A stretch of DNA of 63,399 nucleotides, filler included, from Aduncisulcus paluster (Eukaryota), in NCBI GenBank assembly GCA_024181965.1. It is 11 parts of 11 records of this genome, joined end to end, with 100 filler letters (N's around TTAATTAATTAA, not from the genome) between each part and the next. Parts side by side here need not be neighbours in the genome. Positions count along the whole stretch, not along the records: positions 1 to 13,623 come from BQXS01011716.1; 10 more parts are not named here. One strand, given 5' to 3'. This document shows, one piece after another, positions 1 to 11,225 of the stretch. A model generated the notes under the pieces. The model was not told the origin of the DNA. It saw nothing but the letters and a program-made list of their open reading frames with translations, and searched no databases. Both the position numbers and the translations under genes were made by a program. Numbering within the stretch: the first letter of the stretch is position 1; each line of letters opens with the position of its first letter.

Positions 1-995
1 TCCACAGACGCCTTGTCAATATCGGAGTCTCGGATCACACGCTCCACAGGCTCAAGACACTTCCGGAACAGATCCATATTGAGCTCTTCGAACCTTGCAC
101 GGCTGAGACTGGAGAAGAAGTCAATCCCTTCGAACAAGCCATCGATCTCGATCCGTGTTTTCACAGTGGACGACAGATTACGCTTGGCTCGCTCACATGC
201 AGTGCGCAGACGACGCAGAGAACGAGGGTTTGTGCTCAGATCCTTGTGGTACTTTCGATGGAACTCTTGCACGAAATGATTGACAAGACGACTATCGAAG
301 TCCTCTCCCCCGAGATGTGTATCTCCCGCAGTGGCCTTGACTTCAAACACTTCATGGTCGATCGTCAACAGAGAGACATCGAATGTCCCTCCACCAAGGT
401 CAAAGATGAGGATGTTCTTCTCTCCAGATACTTTCTTGTCAAGACCATATGCCATGGCCGCAGCGGTGGGTTCATTGACAACACGAAGCACCTCAAGCCC
501 GGCAATAGTACCCGCATCCTTCGTGGCTTGACGCTGTGAATCGTTAAAGTATGCCGGAACAGTCACGACAGCCTTGTCAACCTTCTTCCCGAGATAATCA
601 GCAGCCACATCACGCATGCGGCCAAGAACCATGGAAGATATCTGCTCAGGTGAGAACACTTTCTTTTCCCCTTTGTGGGACACCTCAATGTAAGGCTTAT
701 CACCGTCACGACAAATGACCTTGAAGGGCCAGTGTTGAATGTCTCGTTGAACCTCGGCATCAGAGAACTTCCGACCAATCAGACGTTTCGCATCAAACAC
801 GGTGTTGGACGGATTCATGGCAGCTTGGCTCTTCGCAGCGTCTCCAATAAGACGTTCCTCTTCATTGAAAGCGACATATGAAGGAGTGGTCTTATTTCCT
901 TGTGTATTGGCAATAATCTCAACACGATCATTCTCAAAGGCAGCAACACACGAATATGTTGTTCCTAAATCAATTCCAACAGCTGGTGCAGACAT
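1..995 (-). CDS. HSP70: Cytosolic-type Hsp70, 3'-partial (runs off window start)
   Basis: Manual translation from ATG at 995: [43 protein letters not shown]...[14 protein letters not shown]. Absent from the ORF track because there is no stop in the window. Confidence 0.97.
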   Translation of the reverse strand, partial: MSAPAVGIDLGTTYSCVAAFENDRVEIIANTQGNKTTPSYVAFNEEERLIGDAAKSQAAMNPSNTVFDAKRLIGRKFSDAEVQRDIQHWPFKVICRDGDKPYIEVSHKGEKKVFSPEQISSMVLGRMRDVAADYLGKKVDKAVVTVPAYFNDSQRQATKDAGTIAGLEVLRVVNEPTAAAMAYGLDKKVSGEKNILIFDLGGGTFDVSLLTIDHEVFEVKATAGDTHLGGEDFDSRLVNHFVQEFHRKYHKDLSTNPRSLRRLRTACERAKRNLSSTVKTRIEIDGLFEGIDFFSSLSRARFEELNMDLFRKCLEPVERVIRDSDIDKASV

Positions 996-1635
996 TGTAT
1001 GGATTATTGTAATTTGTTGTATATAAGAAAAATATTGTTATATAGAAGCAAAAAAAAAAACGTGAAATATAAACACACATAATTATTAGGGTTAGATAAT
1101 ATATCAGATGAGATTTGTGGAATCAATCATATATCATCAATTACAAAAGATCAATGAATAGCCATGCACTAAGAAGATGTCATAAGGGGGATAAAAATTT
1201 GAAAACTACAATCAAAATGCTATTTGAGATTCATCTATTGACATTTTCATCGGTATAATATAGCAGAAGTAAGGTATTACAGTATTAAATGATTCTACAT
1301 TAGATTGAACGTTCCAATAGAAATATGGTTGCTTTGAAAAGATTTAAATGAAATATTACATTTCAAAATAGATATTCATAGGATATGGATATCATGCAAT
1401 TCTGTCCAAAACTCCAATTTTCATAGACACACTGTTATCAAGGTATTTTCTCATTTTTAAGGGAAGAAATGGCATTTAAATTTCATTTTAAAAGCAAATA
1501 TAATAACTGGCTCCAACAAAATCCAGTCCATAGTTTACTAGAGACAAATTCATCTGATGGAGGCTATATAAAGCAGTATAACCCCATATGATTATTATAA
1601 ATAATATTCCGACAGTTAAATAAATATTTTAATGA

Positions 1636-4023
1636 TTATTTTCCTTTTCCTCTCCCTCTCCCTCTCCCTCTCCCTCTCCCTCTTCCTCTCCCTCTTCCTC
1701 TTCCTCTTCGCGATCCTTCATTTCTATATCCTTCACTCCGTCCCTGCCTTCCTCTTCCTCTCCCACGGTCTCTCCCTCTCCCAGGTCTCACGCCTCTGGT
1801 TTGAAGTGCAGAGAACTCATCACCCAAGTTCCTCCTCTTTCCCGTCCATCCACGTTCTTCCTCTTCCCCTGTCTTCCCTTCAATCTTTCTCTGAAGATAC
1901 TTCGATAGTCTGGGTTTATCATACACAGCATCTCTCTCGTCAGTCTCCTCACGAACAGAGAGATCAACGAGAGAATCAACACTTTTCAGAGACGATGCGT
2001 GAGAATGTCCGGAGTGGAGAAGTTTGGAGGAATTGGAGGAAGAATGCATTCCTAGTACCTGTGAAAGCATCTCATCTCGAAGATAATTCTTTTGATCTTT
2101 TATAAGAGCTTTTTGTTCTTGAATTCGAACAAAATCTTCATGCTTCTTTTTTTCTTCAGCTTTTTTCTTCTTTTCCACTTGTCTTTGTTCTTTCTCAATC
2201 GCTTTTAGCTTCTTTTTTTCTTCTTTCAACCTCTTTTTTTCCTCACGAAGTTTCTTCCTTTCCTCCTTCTTTTGTTTCTCAATAGCCTTTTGTTCATCTA
2301 TATTTAGCCCATTTTCATCGACAGTTTCTTCATCTTCTTCCTCTTTCTCTATTTTCTTCACATTTTCCACCAATGTTTGATCTTTCTCAAGTGGGCTATA
2401 TTTATCTTCTTCTTCCTCCTCTTCTTCTTCCATATGTTTCCACTGATTGTTTCCATGAGAAGTTCCAAACATAAAATCAAACTCTTCTTTGCTCCTTTTT
2501 TGTTGCTTTTCTCCCTCATACTTTTCCTTTTCCACCATTCTTGTTTCCTTCGCCTTCCTTGCCGCATCTAGTGCAGTGTGATGTTGCTCAGAAGACAGGG
2601 ACTTCCCGTCTTGTCCGTGGACACTCTCTTGCACAAAGATGCAGATATCAGCCATCTTGCCTTCCTCAGATAAAATATCGCCGAGGGAGTGAAGCAAGGT
2701 GGTGCGAGAGCCTTGCTCGTCAAGAACCCATTGACATGTTGAGGAAACACTTCGAGATGACATAATGCACCGGTAATGTCCGGTACAAGCCGAAGAACCC
2801 ACATGAGATATCACTGAGGCCAGCGAAGAAGAGAGAAAAGATGGGGGAATGCGTACAAAACACCTGTTTATAGCATGTTTATCTTGTTCCTTGCTCTCTC
2901 TCTTCTCTTCAAGTGACTGAGTCTCATCAGATTCTTCAGACCTTTCAGAAGAGGAATCTTCTTCATCTTTCGCCGACTCTGGCGATAAATGATCTCCTTC
3001 TAAAATAGAACGATCTATTTTTAGAATTAAAACAGGTGGAATTGCTAATATTTGAGTAGTTATTGTATGATGAGTAAGTTTCCCACAACCTGTACAGATA
3101 TGCTTTTGGACTTTCTCAAATGTGCTATATTTATCCTTTCCTCCCTTGAGTCCCCCTTCTTTCTTTTTGCCCACAGAATCATGCCAGTGATCATGACCGA
3201 GTGAGTGTGATACACAATCGAGCAGATCTTTGTGAGTAGGACGAACGGAGAGAGAGAGAGAGGAGTGGTATGAGATAGAGTCTTGTTTGCACTTCATGCA
3301 CCTGCGACATGTTTTCTGTTTGATTCGAAAAAGATGATCAACCGAAGATGTATTCCGATCTTGTTCGGTCCAATTCCTAAAAGCTGTGGAAACAGATGCA
3401 TGCCCGTGAGATTCAGATTTTTCACTGTCTCCTTGTTGTATATACCCATGCTGTCCACTGAATATCTCCATTTCTTCTTGTTTAACTCGATGTAATATTC
3501 CCATCAAACATTGATGGACAGATTGGAGCTGATGTGGTTTGAATGATGTATCAATAAGTCGAATATTCTTGATAAAAAATGATGGAGAAATAGGAGGCCG
3601 AGTTTGATCCAAATCATGCTGAAGAGACTCAAGAGAACACGTGAGACATCCAGATTTTTTTCGGGGACAAATTGATGAATGATAATGGCTCAATAAAAGG
3701 GCTGAAAACGATGGAATATTTAATAAACAAAGCAATGACGTGTTTAAATAACTGTATGAAGAAGGATCTTTCAAGGATCGTGTGAGAGAAGCATGTGGCA
3801 TAAGACCCTTTATGAAAGGAAGAATTTTTGTCGTTGAGCAAATGAATTGTGTTGCTCTTGGGCCTTCTGTTTGTGTACCATCGTCTACTACATCATCTAT
3901 GGCAACTTTTAGTAAAGACACACCATTCTTTGATTCTGTAACATTAGAAGCATTTCCCTCCATTCCTTTCAATAACAAAGCTTCATGATCATGAATAGGA
4001 GCTAAAACAAAATTCTTTAACAT
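1636..4023 (-). CDS. USP-family (USP36/USP42/Ubp10-like) deubiquitinase, probably catalytically inactive, with Lys/Glu-rich and RG-repeat tail
   Basis: Cys-box-like SLKDPSSYSYLNTSLLCLL, QxxxH box (QLQSVHQCL), zinc-ribbon CxxC pairs, His box SVISHVGSSACTGHY; C-terminal (RG)n. Confidence 0.8.
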   Translation of the reverse strand: MLKNFVLAPIHDHEALLLKGMEGNASNVTESKNGVSLLKVAIDDVVDDGTQTEGPRATQFICSTTKILPFIKGLMPHASLTRSLKDPSSYSYLNTSLLCLLNIPSFSALLLSHYHSSICPRKKSGCLTCSLESLQHDLDQTRPPISPSFFIKNIRLIDTSFKPHQLQSVHQCLMGILHRVKQEEMEIFSGQHGYIQQGDSEKSESHGHASVSTAFRNWTEQDRNTSSVDHLFRIKQKTCRRCMKCKQDSISYHSSLSLSVRPTHKDLLDCVSHSLGHDHWHDSVGKKKEGGLKGGKDKYSTFEKVQKHICTGCGKLTHHTITTQILAIPPVLILKIDRSILEGDHLSPESAKDEEDSSSERSEESDETQSLEEKRESKEQDKHAINRCFVRIPPSFLSSSLASVISHVGSSACTGHYRCIMSSRSVSSTCQWVLDEQGSRTTLLHSLGDILSEEGKMADICIFVQESVHGQDGKSLSSEQHHTALDAARKAKETRMVEKEKYEGEKQQKRSKEEFDFMFGTSHGNNQWKHMEEEEEEEEDKYSPLEKDQTLVENVKKIEKEEEDEETVDENGLNIDEQKAIEKQKKEERKKLREEKKRLKEEKKKLKAIEKEQRQVEKKKKAEEKKKHEDFVRIQEQKALIKDQKNYLRDEMLSQVLGMHSSSNSSKLLHSGHSHASSLKSVDSLVDLSVREETDERDAVYDKPRLSKYLQRKIEGKTGEEEERGWTGKRRNLGDEFSALQTRGVRPGRGRDRGRGRGRQGRSEGYRNEGSRRGRGRGRGRGRGRGRGRGRGKGK

Positions 4024-4204
4024 TCTCTTATTTTAGTAGACACTCAAAATCAGTGATTGGTCTAATCTTCTTCAAAAAAAGGGAGTTCAATTGAATTAGA
4101 AAATGAAACTTTAATATAAGTGATCATAATCAAAATTATCACAAACTATTATCAATTTATTTTTCCCTATTAGTAAGAAAATTAAATTATCGATTTTCTG
4201 CCCA

Positions 4205-6478
4205 ATGAGTGACGATTCTCTATCTTGTCCCATCTGTTATGGGCCATTTAATGAACCATCTGTCTTAAAATGTGGGCATATATTTTGTACAAGTTGTATA
4301 ACACAATGGTTAACTTCTCAGTCTGGTAAAATATGTCCCCTCTGTCGAAATGAATCAGCCATTGAGGATCTTCGAAGAATATTTTTCAAAGATATCGGAT
4401 TTAGTTCGGTTTCTGGAATTGGTGATGAAGAAGAACTGAAAAAGACTACTGAGTTATTGACAAAACTGCGTAAGAAAGCAACCGAACAATCAGCTGCACA
4501 TACAGCTATCCTATCCTTATTAAAAGAATTGGAAGCACATAAGCAAGATTTATTGACAGCCACCCATACAATCCGTTCTCTCGTTAAACGTGAAAAACTC
4601 TTAGAAAGTATACTAATGAGACAAAACAATAGATTTCCAAACTCCATGACACATTCGTTACATGAAATATCTTCATATAAATATGACATTCCAATTCCTC
4701 CAAATGAAGAACGTCTTCGGCATGTTGTGAGTAGCGGACTTGCTGGTCCTTTAATTGCCGATCAATATAAACAAATTCAAGCCATTCGACAGTGTACAGG
4801 TCACCCTCCACTCCCGATATCCATTGCTAGTCGAATTTTAGGAAATGTTTCTGCTTTGTACTCCCCGATGCAACGTCCCCTTGTCATATGCAGCAAGTGG
4901 AAGCGAGAATCCAGTGATATTTTTTCGTTTTCTCATGATCCATTCTCCACCGTGCGCAAGGAAGGAAGCATTTCTATGCCCATGACAAACATCCAATGCG
5001 TTCGAGGAAGTCATCGTGATGTTCGGCTAATCGGTTTGGGAACAACCGACGGATCCTTTCATCTTTTGGATCTCCAGGGATTATGGAAAAAGCTTGAAGA
5101 GGAGGAAGCCAAACATCTTGAAGAAGAACAAGCCAAAGAATCGGAATATAAATCAAGAATAATATCTCACACTTCTGAAAAAGAGGCAAAAAAAGATGAT
5201 GCAACATCGAATGAATCAGAAAATGAGGAAATGTTTGCATGGAAGGATTCATCAAAGCGGAGAACCCTCCAATCTCCTCCGATTTCAAGCTCAGCTAAAC
5301 CCAAGATTGTAAGGCGATCTGAACATGCCTCAATCGAATCCGATTTTGAAACCATGTTTTCAAATCAAAGCCAATTTCAGAGTTCAAAATCATCAATATC
5401 GAGTGGAAAAGAAGAGGATGATTCATTGTACGGAGAAAGTGACGAGAAACTTCTCGCAAACGCACTTGATGGATTTTGGGATTCTGTAAAAAGTCGCACC
5501 GATTTTTTGTCGGATTCATCTTCTATTTTTAGACCACAAAAGCGACCTTCTTTAATTGATGGGACTGATCACGTCAGTGCGATGGATGAGGAAGAAATTG
5601 AAGCTCCCTCTGCCTCTCCTCTCTTCACTCCCATTTTCCGGCATTCTTTCCATGATTCAGTTTCTGTAGGGACATCCACATTCCCCTCTTCTGTGTACTC
5701 CTGTGGTTTCTCCCCCTTTGCCCCCCATGCGGTGTGTGGTCTTGACAGTGGTCGAGTTGGAATTATTGACATGACATCTGGTATGGAGATTAATTCGTTC
5801 GACTTCCGTGCCCCCATTATTGACGCCCAATATACTTTCCATCCAGCCATCCTTGTCGTGGCTACTCCCAATTCCACACAATTTATAGACACCCGTGAGA
5901 AACTCACAAAACTTCAAGAATCAAAGCTTCATGCACCTATTACAGTAGCAAAGAGAGGCACAAGGAGTTATTTCGGGTATAAATCAAAGAATTCCCAGCA
6001 TAAAGATATCCCGAACGTTGAGTTCCCCCATCCCCATGGTAATTTTGTTACTGGAGTTTCATTAGATCCACAGACCGATGGACGGATGTTCTGTTGCGGT
6101 GGAAAGAATAATGTTGTTCAGATCTTTGATATTCGTAATACTCATTCTTGTTATAATCGTGTAGAACTTGAAATGAATGTCAACTCTCAGACTCCCCCAA
6201 GGTTCAAAGATGGGCATCGAACATTTCCAGGCATTCTTTCAACATGCATTGGACAGTTCACCCCAGGCGGAGATCTTGCCGCTTGTTCCACCGACGGATA
6301 TTTCGTCTTGTTCGACCGAATGAATGCTCTCCAAAGTGATAAACCCTCTCCAATATTTGAGAAACTCCATCCAAAGGCTTGTGTTGGAATGGATTGGTCT
6401 CCATCTGGCGAAACCTGCCATGTTATAGAAATTGATAAGCTTAATATATATGATTTGTTCTTGAAGAAACTCAAATAG
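4205..6478 (+). CDS. RING finger, coiled-coil and WD40 E3 ligase (RFWD3/COP1-like architecture)
   Basis: C3HC4 RING CPIC...CGHIFCTSC...CPLC, then a coiled coil, then WD-like repeats (CGFSP, VQIFDIR, GMDWSP). Confidence 0.8.
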   Translation: MSDDSLSCPICYGPFNEPSVLKCGHIFCTSCITQWLTSQSGKICPLCRNESAIEDLRRIFFKDIGFSSVSGIGDEEELKKTTELLTKLRKKATEQSAAHTAILSLLKELEAHKQDLLTATHTIRSLVKREKLLESILMRQNNRFPNSMTHSLHEISSYKYDIPIPPNEERLRHVVSSGLAGPLIADQYKQIQAIRQCTGHPPLPISIASRILGNVSALYSPMQRPLVICSKWKRESSDIFSFSHDPFSTVRKEGSISMPMTNIQCVRGSHRDVRLIGLGTTDGSFHLLDLQGLWKKLEEEEAKHLEEEQAKESEYKSRIISHTSEKEAKKDDATSNESENEEMFAWKDSSKRRTLQSPPISSSAKPKIVRRSEHASIESDFETMFSNQSQFQSSKSSISSGKEEDDSLYGESDEKLLANALDGFWDSVKSRTDFLSDSSSIFRPQKRPSLIDGTDHVSAMDEEEIEAPSASPLFTPIFRHSFHDSVSVGTSTFPSSVYSCGFSPFAPHAVCGLDSGRVGIIDMTSGMEINSFDFRAPIIDAQYTFHPAILVVATPNSTQFIDTREKLTKLQESKLHAPITVAKRGTRSYFGYKSKNSQHKDIPNVEFPHPHGNFVTGVSLDPQTDGRMFCCGGKNNVVQIFDIRNTHSCYNRVELEMNVNSQTPPRFKDGHRTFPGILSTCIGQFTPGGDLAACSTDGYFVLFDRMNALQSDKPSPIFEKLHPKACVGMDWSPSGETCHVIEIDKLNIYDLFLKKLK

Positions 6479-6672
6479 CACCGAATGAAATAAATTTAGA
6501 TTCTTTTCTTGATCTATCTTTTTGTCCAGAATAGTATAGATCTTATATATCGTCTTACATATGATTTGAAAACCTGTTCAGATCTCTTTTATTGAGAAAT
6601 ATCTAAAAATAGAAAAATATAATATTAGATAAATCGACTATAATTGATAAAATAGATATTTACTCTGAATAC

Positions 6673-6729
6673 CAGTACAGTACAGTATAGTAGAAATAGT
6701 ATAGTATAGTATAGTACAGAATAGAATAA
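6673..6729. repeat. Degenerate (AGTAY)n pentamer microsatellite between convergent genes
   Basis: cagtacagtacagtatagtag...agtatagtatagtatagtacagaatagaataag. Confidence 0.7.
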
Positions 6730-6877
6730 GCACCCAGAGTCAGAATATAGGTCTAGAAATTGTTCTTGTAATCAATGATACAGAAAAGATAAAGAAGAGA
6801 TAAATGCCTAAGAATAACTACATAGTCTAATATTTGGATACATATGGATTATTGTTTGTGTATCTATCATGATTCAA

Positions 6878-8392
6878 TCATTCTTCTTCAGTCAAACCAT
6901 CACCGATCAAACCCCTCAAAACACGCTCATGGAGGCCTGAAAAATCGGATCTAATAAATCTTGAGATACTTCTCTCCATTCCAACAAAAGGCATATTCTT
7001 TTTCTTCATCCTATCAGTCAGGATGGAGGCCTCAACGGCAGTCTTTGTTGAAAATGTCGATTCTCTCATCTCAAGGTCAATCTTCTTGAATTCCTCATTC
7101 ATACGCTCCTGATCAATGTCGTATCTCCTCACAATGATCCTTCTGACCCTCTTACAAGCATCTCCCTCACCTTTCCAGGATCTCCACAATGACCTAGCAC
7201 AAGCTCTGGAGGTAGAGAAACAAGAGTCAACAAAAGTCTCAAGGGCAACAAGACACTCTCCAGTGTATCCAGAGTTCAAAAGGGCATAAATATTCCTGTA
7301 TTTAGCAGACAATTCAGCGAATAAAGCAACTAATTGAGCCCTTGAGCGTCTAATAAATAGGGAGATAATTGGCGAATGTTCATCAATTCCTCGTTTCTCA
7401 GCAATAAGACGCTCCTTTTCAAGATCACTAACTTCATGAGAGCCCCCAGTCACAGTTCCGGTGGTAGGATCAATTGTGATACCTTCCTTCTCTTTGGGTT
7501 TTTCACGGGCCTCTATAGATGATTTATCATGTCCATCAGCACCATCCTTGCGTGCAAGTCCTTCGTCTCCCTCACCCCACTTCTTGATTAGCCTCAAATC
7601 ATGCATACAGGTCACGGCATCGGGTGAAGCATCGACTCCATTCGCCCAAACATCGATACCCTTTTCATTGATGAATACATCCTCATTCGAAGTTTCAGAA
7701 CCCTTTTCCTGCCTAGAACGAGCAGCACTCATCGCAGTAAACGTATTTTTCTTCAATTCTCGATCAACCTCTTCTTCCATTCCTTCGAGCCAACATACAG
7801 CATCAATATCGTCAGTATACGGGGTGGGCATGGAAGATGAAGTGGCTACAAATGTGGAAGAAGGCACATGGTGGGAAGATGAACCGGATTTTCCAAATTT
7901 CATTCCAGATTCTCTAAACATTGGGGTCATGATGGGTCTATCAACAGTAAGGAAACCATATAATAACTTTCCAACTTCTCCTCCGACGGTGGCTTTTAAA
8001 TCATTTTGTAAAGGATTGAAAAATAACTCTTCATAACGTTTTTGAATGAGACGAAGATGAGGCTGAGGTACAGAACAAATAACCTCGATAAGACTAATAA
8101 TATCAACCTGAGCACCAGTCATAGCCATCCTACATTGCTGAGCCTCATAGGACAGCTTATCACAACACATATCTCTAAGGACAGCCTGAAAACGTCCAAA
8201 AGAAGCACCCATAAGAGCATCTTTCAAATTACTCCCATAAGTTTCGAAATATTCTTCCTGAATTTTGACTATTGTCCGATTAGGAAGCCGAGTAAGTATG
8301 TCAATTATTTCACGTTCGTCGGAATCGGCTTTTTCAAGGGCTGTATGAAGTTTTTTTGCGCTAGCTTTAATCTGATGAACAGAATGTTGCAT
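6878..8392 (-). CDS. Annexin-like protein with a large low-complexity insertion in the middle of the repeat region
   Basis: Annexin repeats LHTALEKADSDEREIIDILTRL...IQEEYFETYGSNLKDAL, MAMTGAQVDIISLIEVI...LQNDLKATVGG and terminal FIRSDFSGLHERVLRGLIG. ATG at 8392 preferred to the upstream TTG. Confidence 0.8.
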   Translation of the reverse strand: MQHSVHQIKASAKKLHTALEKADSDEREIIDILTRLPNRTIVKIQEEYFETYGSNLKDALMGASFGRFQAVLRDMCCDKLSYEAQQCRMAMTGAQVDIISLIEVICSVPQPHLRLIQKRYEELFFNPLQNDLKATVGGEVGKLLYGFLTVDRPIMTPMFRESGMKFGKSGSSSHHVPSSTFVATSSSMPTPYTDDIDAVCWLEGMEEEVDRELKKNTFTAMSAARSRQEKGSETSNEDVFINEKGIDVWANGVDASPDAVTCMHDLRLIKKWGEGDEGLARKDGADGHDKSSIEAREKPKEKEGITIDPTTGTVTGGSHEVSDLEKERLIAEKRGIDEHSPIISLFIRRSRAQLVALFAELSAKYRNIYALLNSGYTGECLVALETFVDSCFSTSRACARSLWRSWKGEGDACKRVRRIIVRRYDIDQERMNEEFKKIDLEMRESTFSTKTAVEASILTDRMKKKNMPFVGMERSISRFIRSDFSGLHERVLRGLIGDGLTEEE

Positions 8393-8843
8393 TTTAAGTA
8401 TTGTTTTCTGTGAGAACTTTGTTAGTTCAAGAAAAAACCAATGGATTTTTTTCAGATTTTGCTCACACACTACTGCATATTTATTCAATTTCTAAGCATA
8501 TTAAAGAACTCAGTCATTAATAATGGATTGCCCAAGGGATTGCTTGAAATTTTTTTTGAAAAGGAAGCTCGATGATGATTGTGGTCCTTCCTACTCCATC
8601 TGTGCAATAACCACCGATGATGTTGAGCAATTAAGTCATTACAACAAAAAATTGTATGATTTATTTAACACATTTATCACTGAACTTGGCCGTGCAAGTG
8701 CTGAAGCCCAGCGATTACCCCATATNNNNNNNNNNNNNNNNNNNNGTTCAAGAAAAAACCAATGGATTTTTTTCAGATTTTGCTCACACACTACTGCATA
8801 TTTATTCAATTTCTAAGCATATTAAAGAACTCAGTCATTAATA

Positions 8844-9878
8844 ATGGATTGCCCAAGGGATTGCTTGAAATTTTTTTTGAAAAGGAAGCTCGATGATGAT
8901 TGTGGTCCTTCCTACTCCATCTGTGCAATAACCACCGATGATGTTGAGCAATTAAGTCATTACAACAAAAAATTGTATGATTTATTTAACACATTTATCA
9001 CTGAACTTGGCCGTGCAAGTGCTGAAGCCCAGCGATTACCCCATATCATTACAACAGCCGATAGGATGGTCCATGCTTTTGGAGAACATCAAATATTGTA
9101 TATAGCAATAGGCTCTGAAAAAAGTAGCATGAATAACAAGGTTTTTGGTTTCCTTAAGACAGGATTTAAGAGTCTGTTCGTAAGAAGCCAATCAGGATCT
9201 TTATTGGAAAAACCTAAATGTCCCTGTGTTCTTGATTTTTTTACACATTCAAATTGTAGACGTAAAGGTGTTGGATTTAATTTATTCAAAACTTACATAC
9301 ATCACAGCAAAGTTCGCCCTCATGCCGTTGGCTATGACCGTCCTTCGTCAAATCTGATTGGATTCCTCAAGAAATATTGTTCTGCTGGTGGCATTCCTGT
9401 TATGCAGGAGAATAGTTATGCCTTCTTACGTCATGGATTAGTTAAACATCTTCCTGATATTAAATATGAAGGGATTGACGATATGAGTTCTCCAATTCCA
9501 CCAAAATCCAATGAATACTCTTCTATGTCCACTCTTCCTCGTTCCGCTGAAAGGGATATTCTGATTTCAGAAGGTCAGAAGTGGAGAGAGGAAGTTCAAA
9601 GAGATAAACCAAAAGAAAAAATTGACATGCATGAAGAATTGCCCACCCCGTACAAAAAATATGATGAGGTTGAATCTCCAACGTATCCTGGTCATCCAAA
9701 AAGTGATGGAGTGCCACCAAGTGAATCTGTTCATTCACCAGCTATGCAACCACCTCAACTTGGTGAAAAACCACAGACTCATACCGATATTCTCACACTT
9801 CAGCGAGAGATTGATCGCCAATGCGTTGAACTACAGAAGAAGCGAGCTAGAGGAAGGATGTTTGTAGGTGGTTGGTAA
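8844..9878 (+). CDS. ATAT1: Alpha-tubulin N-acetyltransferase (MEC-17/ATAT1); true start is the copy at 8523 once the gap duplication is collapsed
   Basis: GRASAEAQRL, GFLKTGFKSLF, CVLDFFTH..RRKGVG, YDRPSSNLIGFLKKY are MEC-17 motifs. Confidence 0.92.
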   Translation: MDCPRDCLKFFLKRKLDDDCGPSYSICAITTDDVEQLSHYNKKLYDLFNTFITELGRASAEAQRLPHIITTADRMVHAFGEHQILYIAIGSEKSSMNNKVFGFLKTGFKSLFVRSQSGSLLEKPKCPCVLDFFTHSNCRRKGVGFNLFKTYIHHSKVRPHAVGYDRPSSNLIGFLKKYCSAGGIPVMQENSYAFLRHGLVKHLPDIKYEGIDDMSSPIPPKSNEYSSMSTLPRSAERDILISEGQKWREEVQRDKPKEKIDMHEELPTPYKKYDEVESPTYPGHPKSDGVPPSESVHSPAMQPPQLGEKPQTHTDILTLQREIDRQCVELQKKRARGRMFVGGW

Positions 9879-10162
9879 AAAAATATGGTAATATTATTCA
9901 ATCTCAATTGCCTTATTTTGACAAACTCCAAGTTCAAGATTTCAATCTGAATTTGGAGAATCAAAACCTTTCAATACAACACATTTATTTCAGAAAATCA
10001 GGGAACACAATAAGAATCTCATTTCATCCTCCAAGAAAAAGAGGGCCTGAGAGAAAAGGATTTAAAAGAATCAACACGATCCGAGTACGTAGAGAGAACG
10101 AACAAACGCAACGTAAGAAAAGACATTCAACTTATTACATGGGAGCCAGAGTCACAGTAAAA

Positions 10163-10822
10163 TTAATATTTGTCCAAATCAATTGAAGTACTGCAAGCAC
10201 TTGTAGTTCCGGCGTATTGCCTGATGTTGTAACTGGTCCAACCACCGAAAGATTCAAAGGAATCGGAAGAGGAGTAGTGAGGGTACCACAACTGAAGGTT
10301 GGAGAAGGCAGTAGAGCTACCAAGGATAGGAGTGTATTCAGACTTACTAGCATAGATACCAGTACAACCAGTGGAGAGACCACAACCGGTCCATTCACCG
10401 TTGATGTAGTCAATAACCTCTTGGACGAAGGAAACATTGGTGGAAGTGCTAGAGCTCCAGCAACCATCAGCAGCTTCAATGTCGAGCCAGATCATGTTCT
10501 TGGCATGACAACCAGCACTCTTGAGGCTAGAAATAATGGTCTTGATCTTGTCAATACCCTGCTCAGTGCATGGGAAGAGATAGAAATCAATGTTGGCAAT
10601 ACCAGCAGCTTTGGCTCTGCTGTAATCATCACCAGCGTAAGGGTTGTAAGCGCTGTTACTACGACCAGCTTGGAAGATGGCGAACTCATAACCGGCATTC
10701 TTCAAACATGTGAAAGAGGATGAAGAGACATCACCTTGGAAGTAAGAGAGATCGAATCCCTCAGTACAGGTGACAGCACAGACAAGAGCGAGAATAGCAA
10801 GAACGAAACTAAGGATTTTCAT
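10163..10822 (-). CDS. Secreted GH25 lysozyme (protist/nematode Lys-type)
   Basis: Signal peptide MKILSFVLAILALVCA; GFDLSYFQ, WLDIE, GIYAS, LWYPHY, FGGW..IRQYAG motifs; biased codon usage suggests high expression. Confidence 0.88.
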   Translation of the reverse strand: MKILSFVLAILALVCAVTCTEGFDLSYFQGDVSSSSFTCLKNAGYEFAIFQAGRSNSAYNPYAGDDYSRAKAAGIANIDFYLFPCTEQGIDKIKTIISSLKSAGCHAKNMIWLDIEAADGCWSSSTSTNVSFVQEVIDYINGEWTGCGLSTGCTGIYASKSEYTPILGSSTAFSNLQLWYPHYSSSDSFESFGGWTSYNIRQYAGTTSACSTSIDLDKY

Positions 10823-11225
10823 TTTCAAAGAACTTAATATCAAAGAAAACATGACGGACATTTTTTGCTTGTCGACAAATTTAGAACATAATGATAATGC
10901 GGATTAATAACAATAATAAATATTAAAACACAAAATACAATCAATAATTCGTTTCTTTTTTTTTTTGTTGTGGCTTGATAGAGTTTTCTGGATTCCAGAA
11001 TCTGGAATCATTCCACATGATGTGGTGAAATTGTCACTCTAACTCAGCCAGAAATTGATAACAAATGATAATAATATCTCATACTTTATTAAACGCAAAA
11101 AGACTGAATTTATGTCCATTTCACTATCATGGATAATTTCCCCAGGAAAAAATCTAATGAAATAGTGGTCACAACCGTCCTTCCATAAAACACATAACGC
11201 CATACAGAAATACAAGAGATTGGAG

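Noticed and set aside
13..1026. Plus-strand ORFs resembling so-called NAD-specific glutamate dehydrogenase
   Set aside because: Well-known antisense shadow of Hsp70.
8425..9046. Apparent tandem duplication of the ATAT1 5' end
   Set aside because: Identical 301-bp copies flank a 20-N gap: an unmerged contig overlap.
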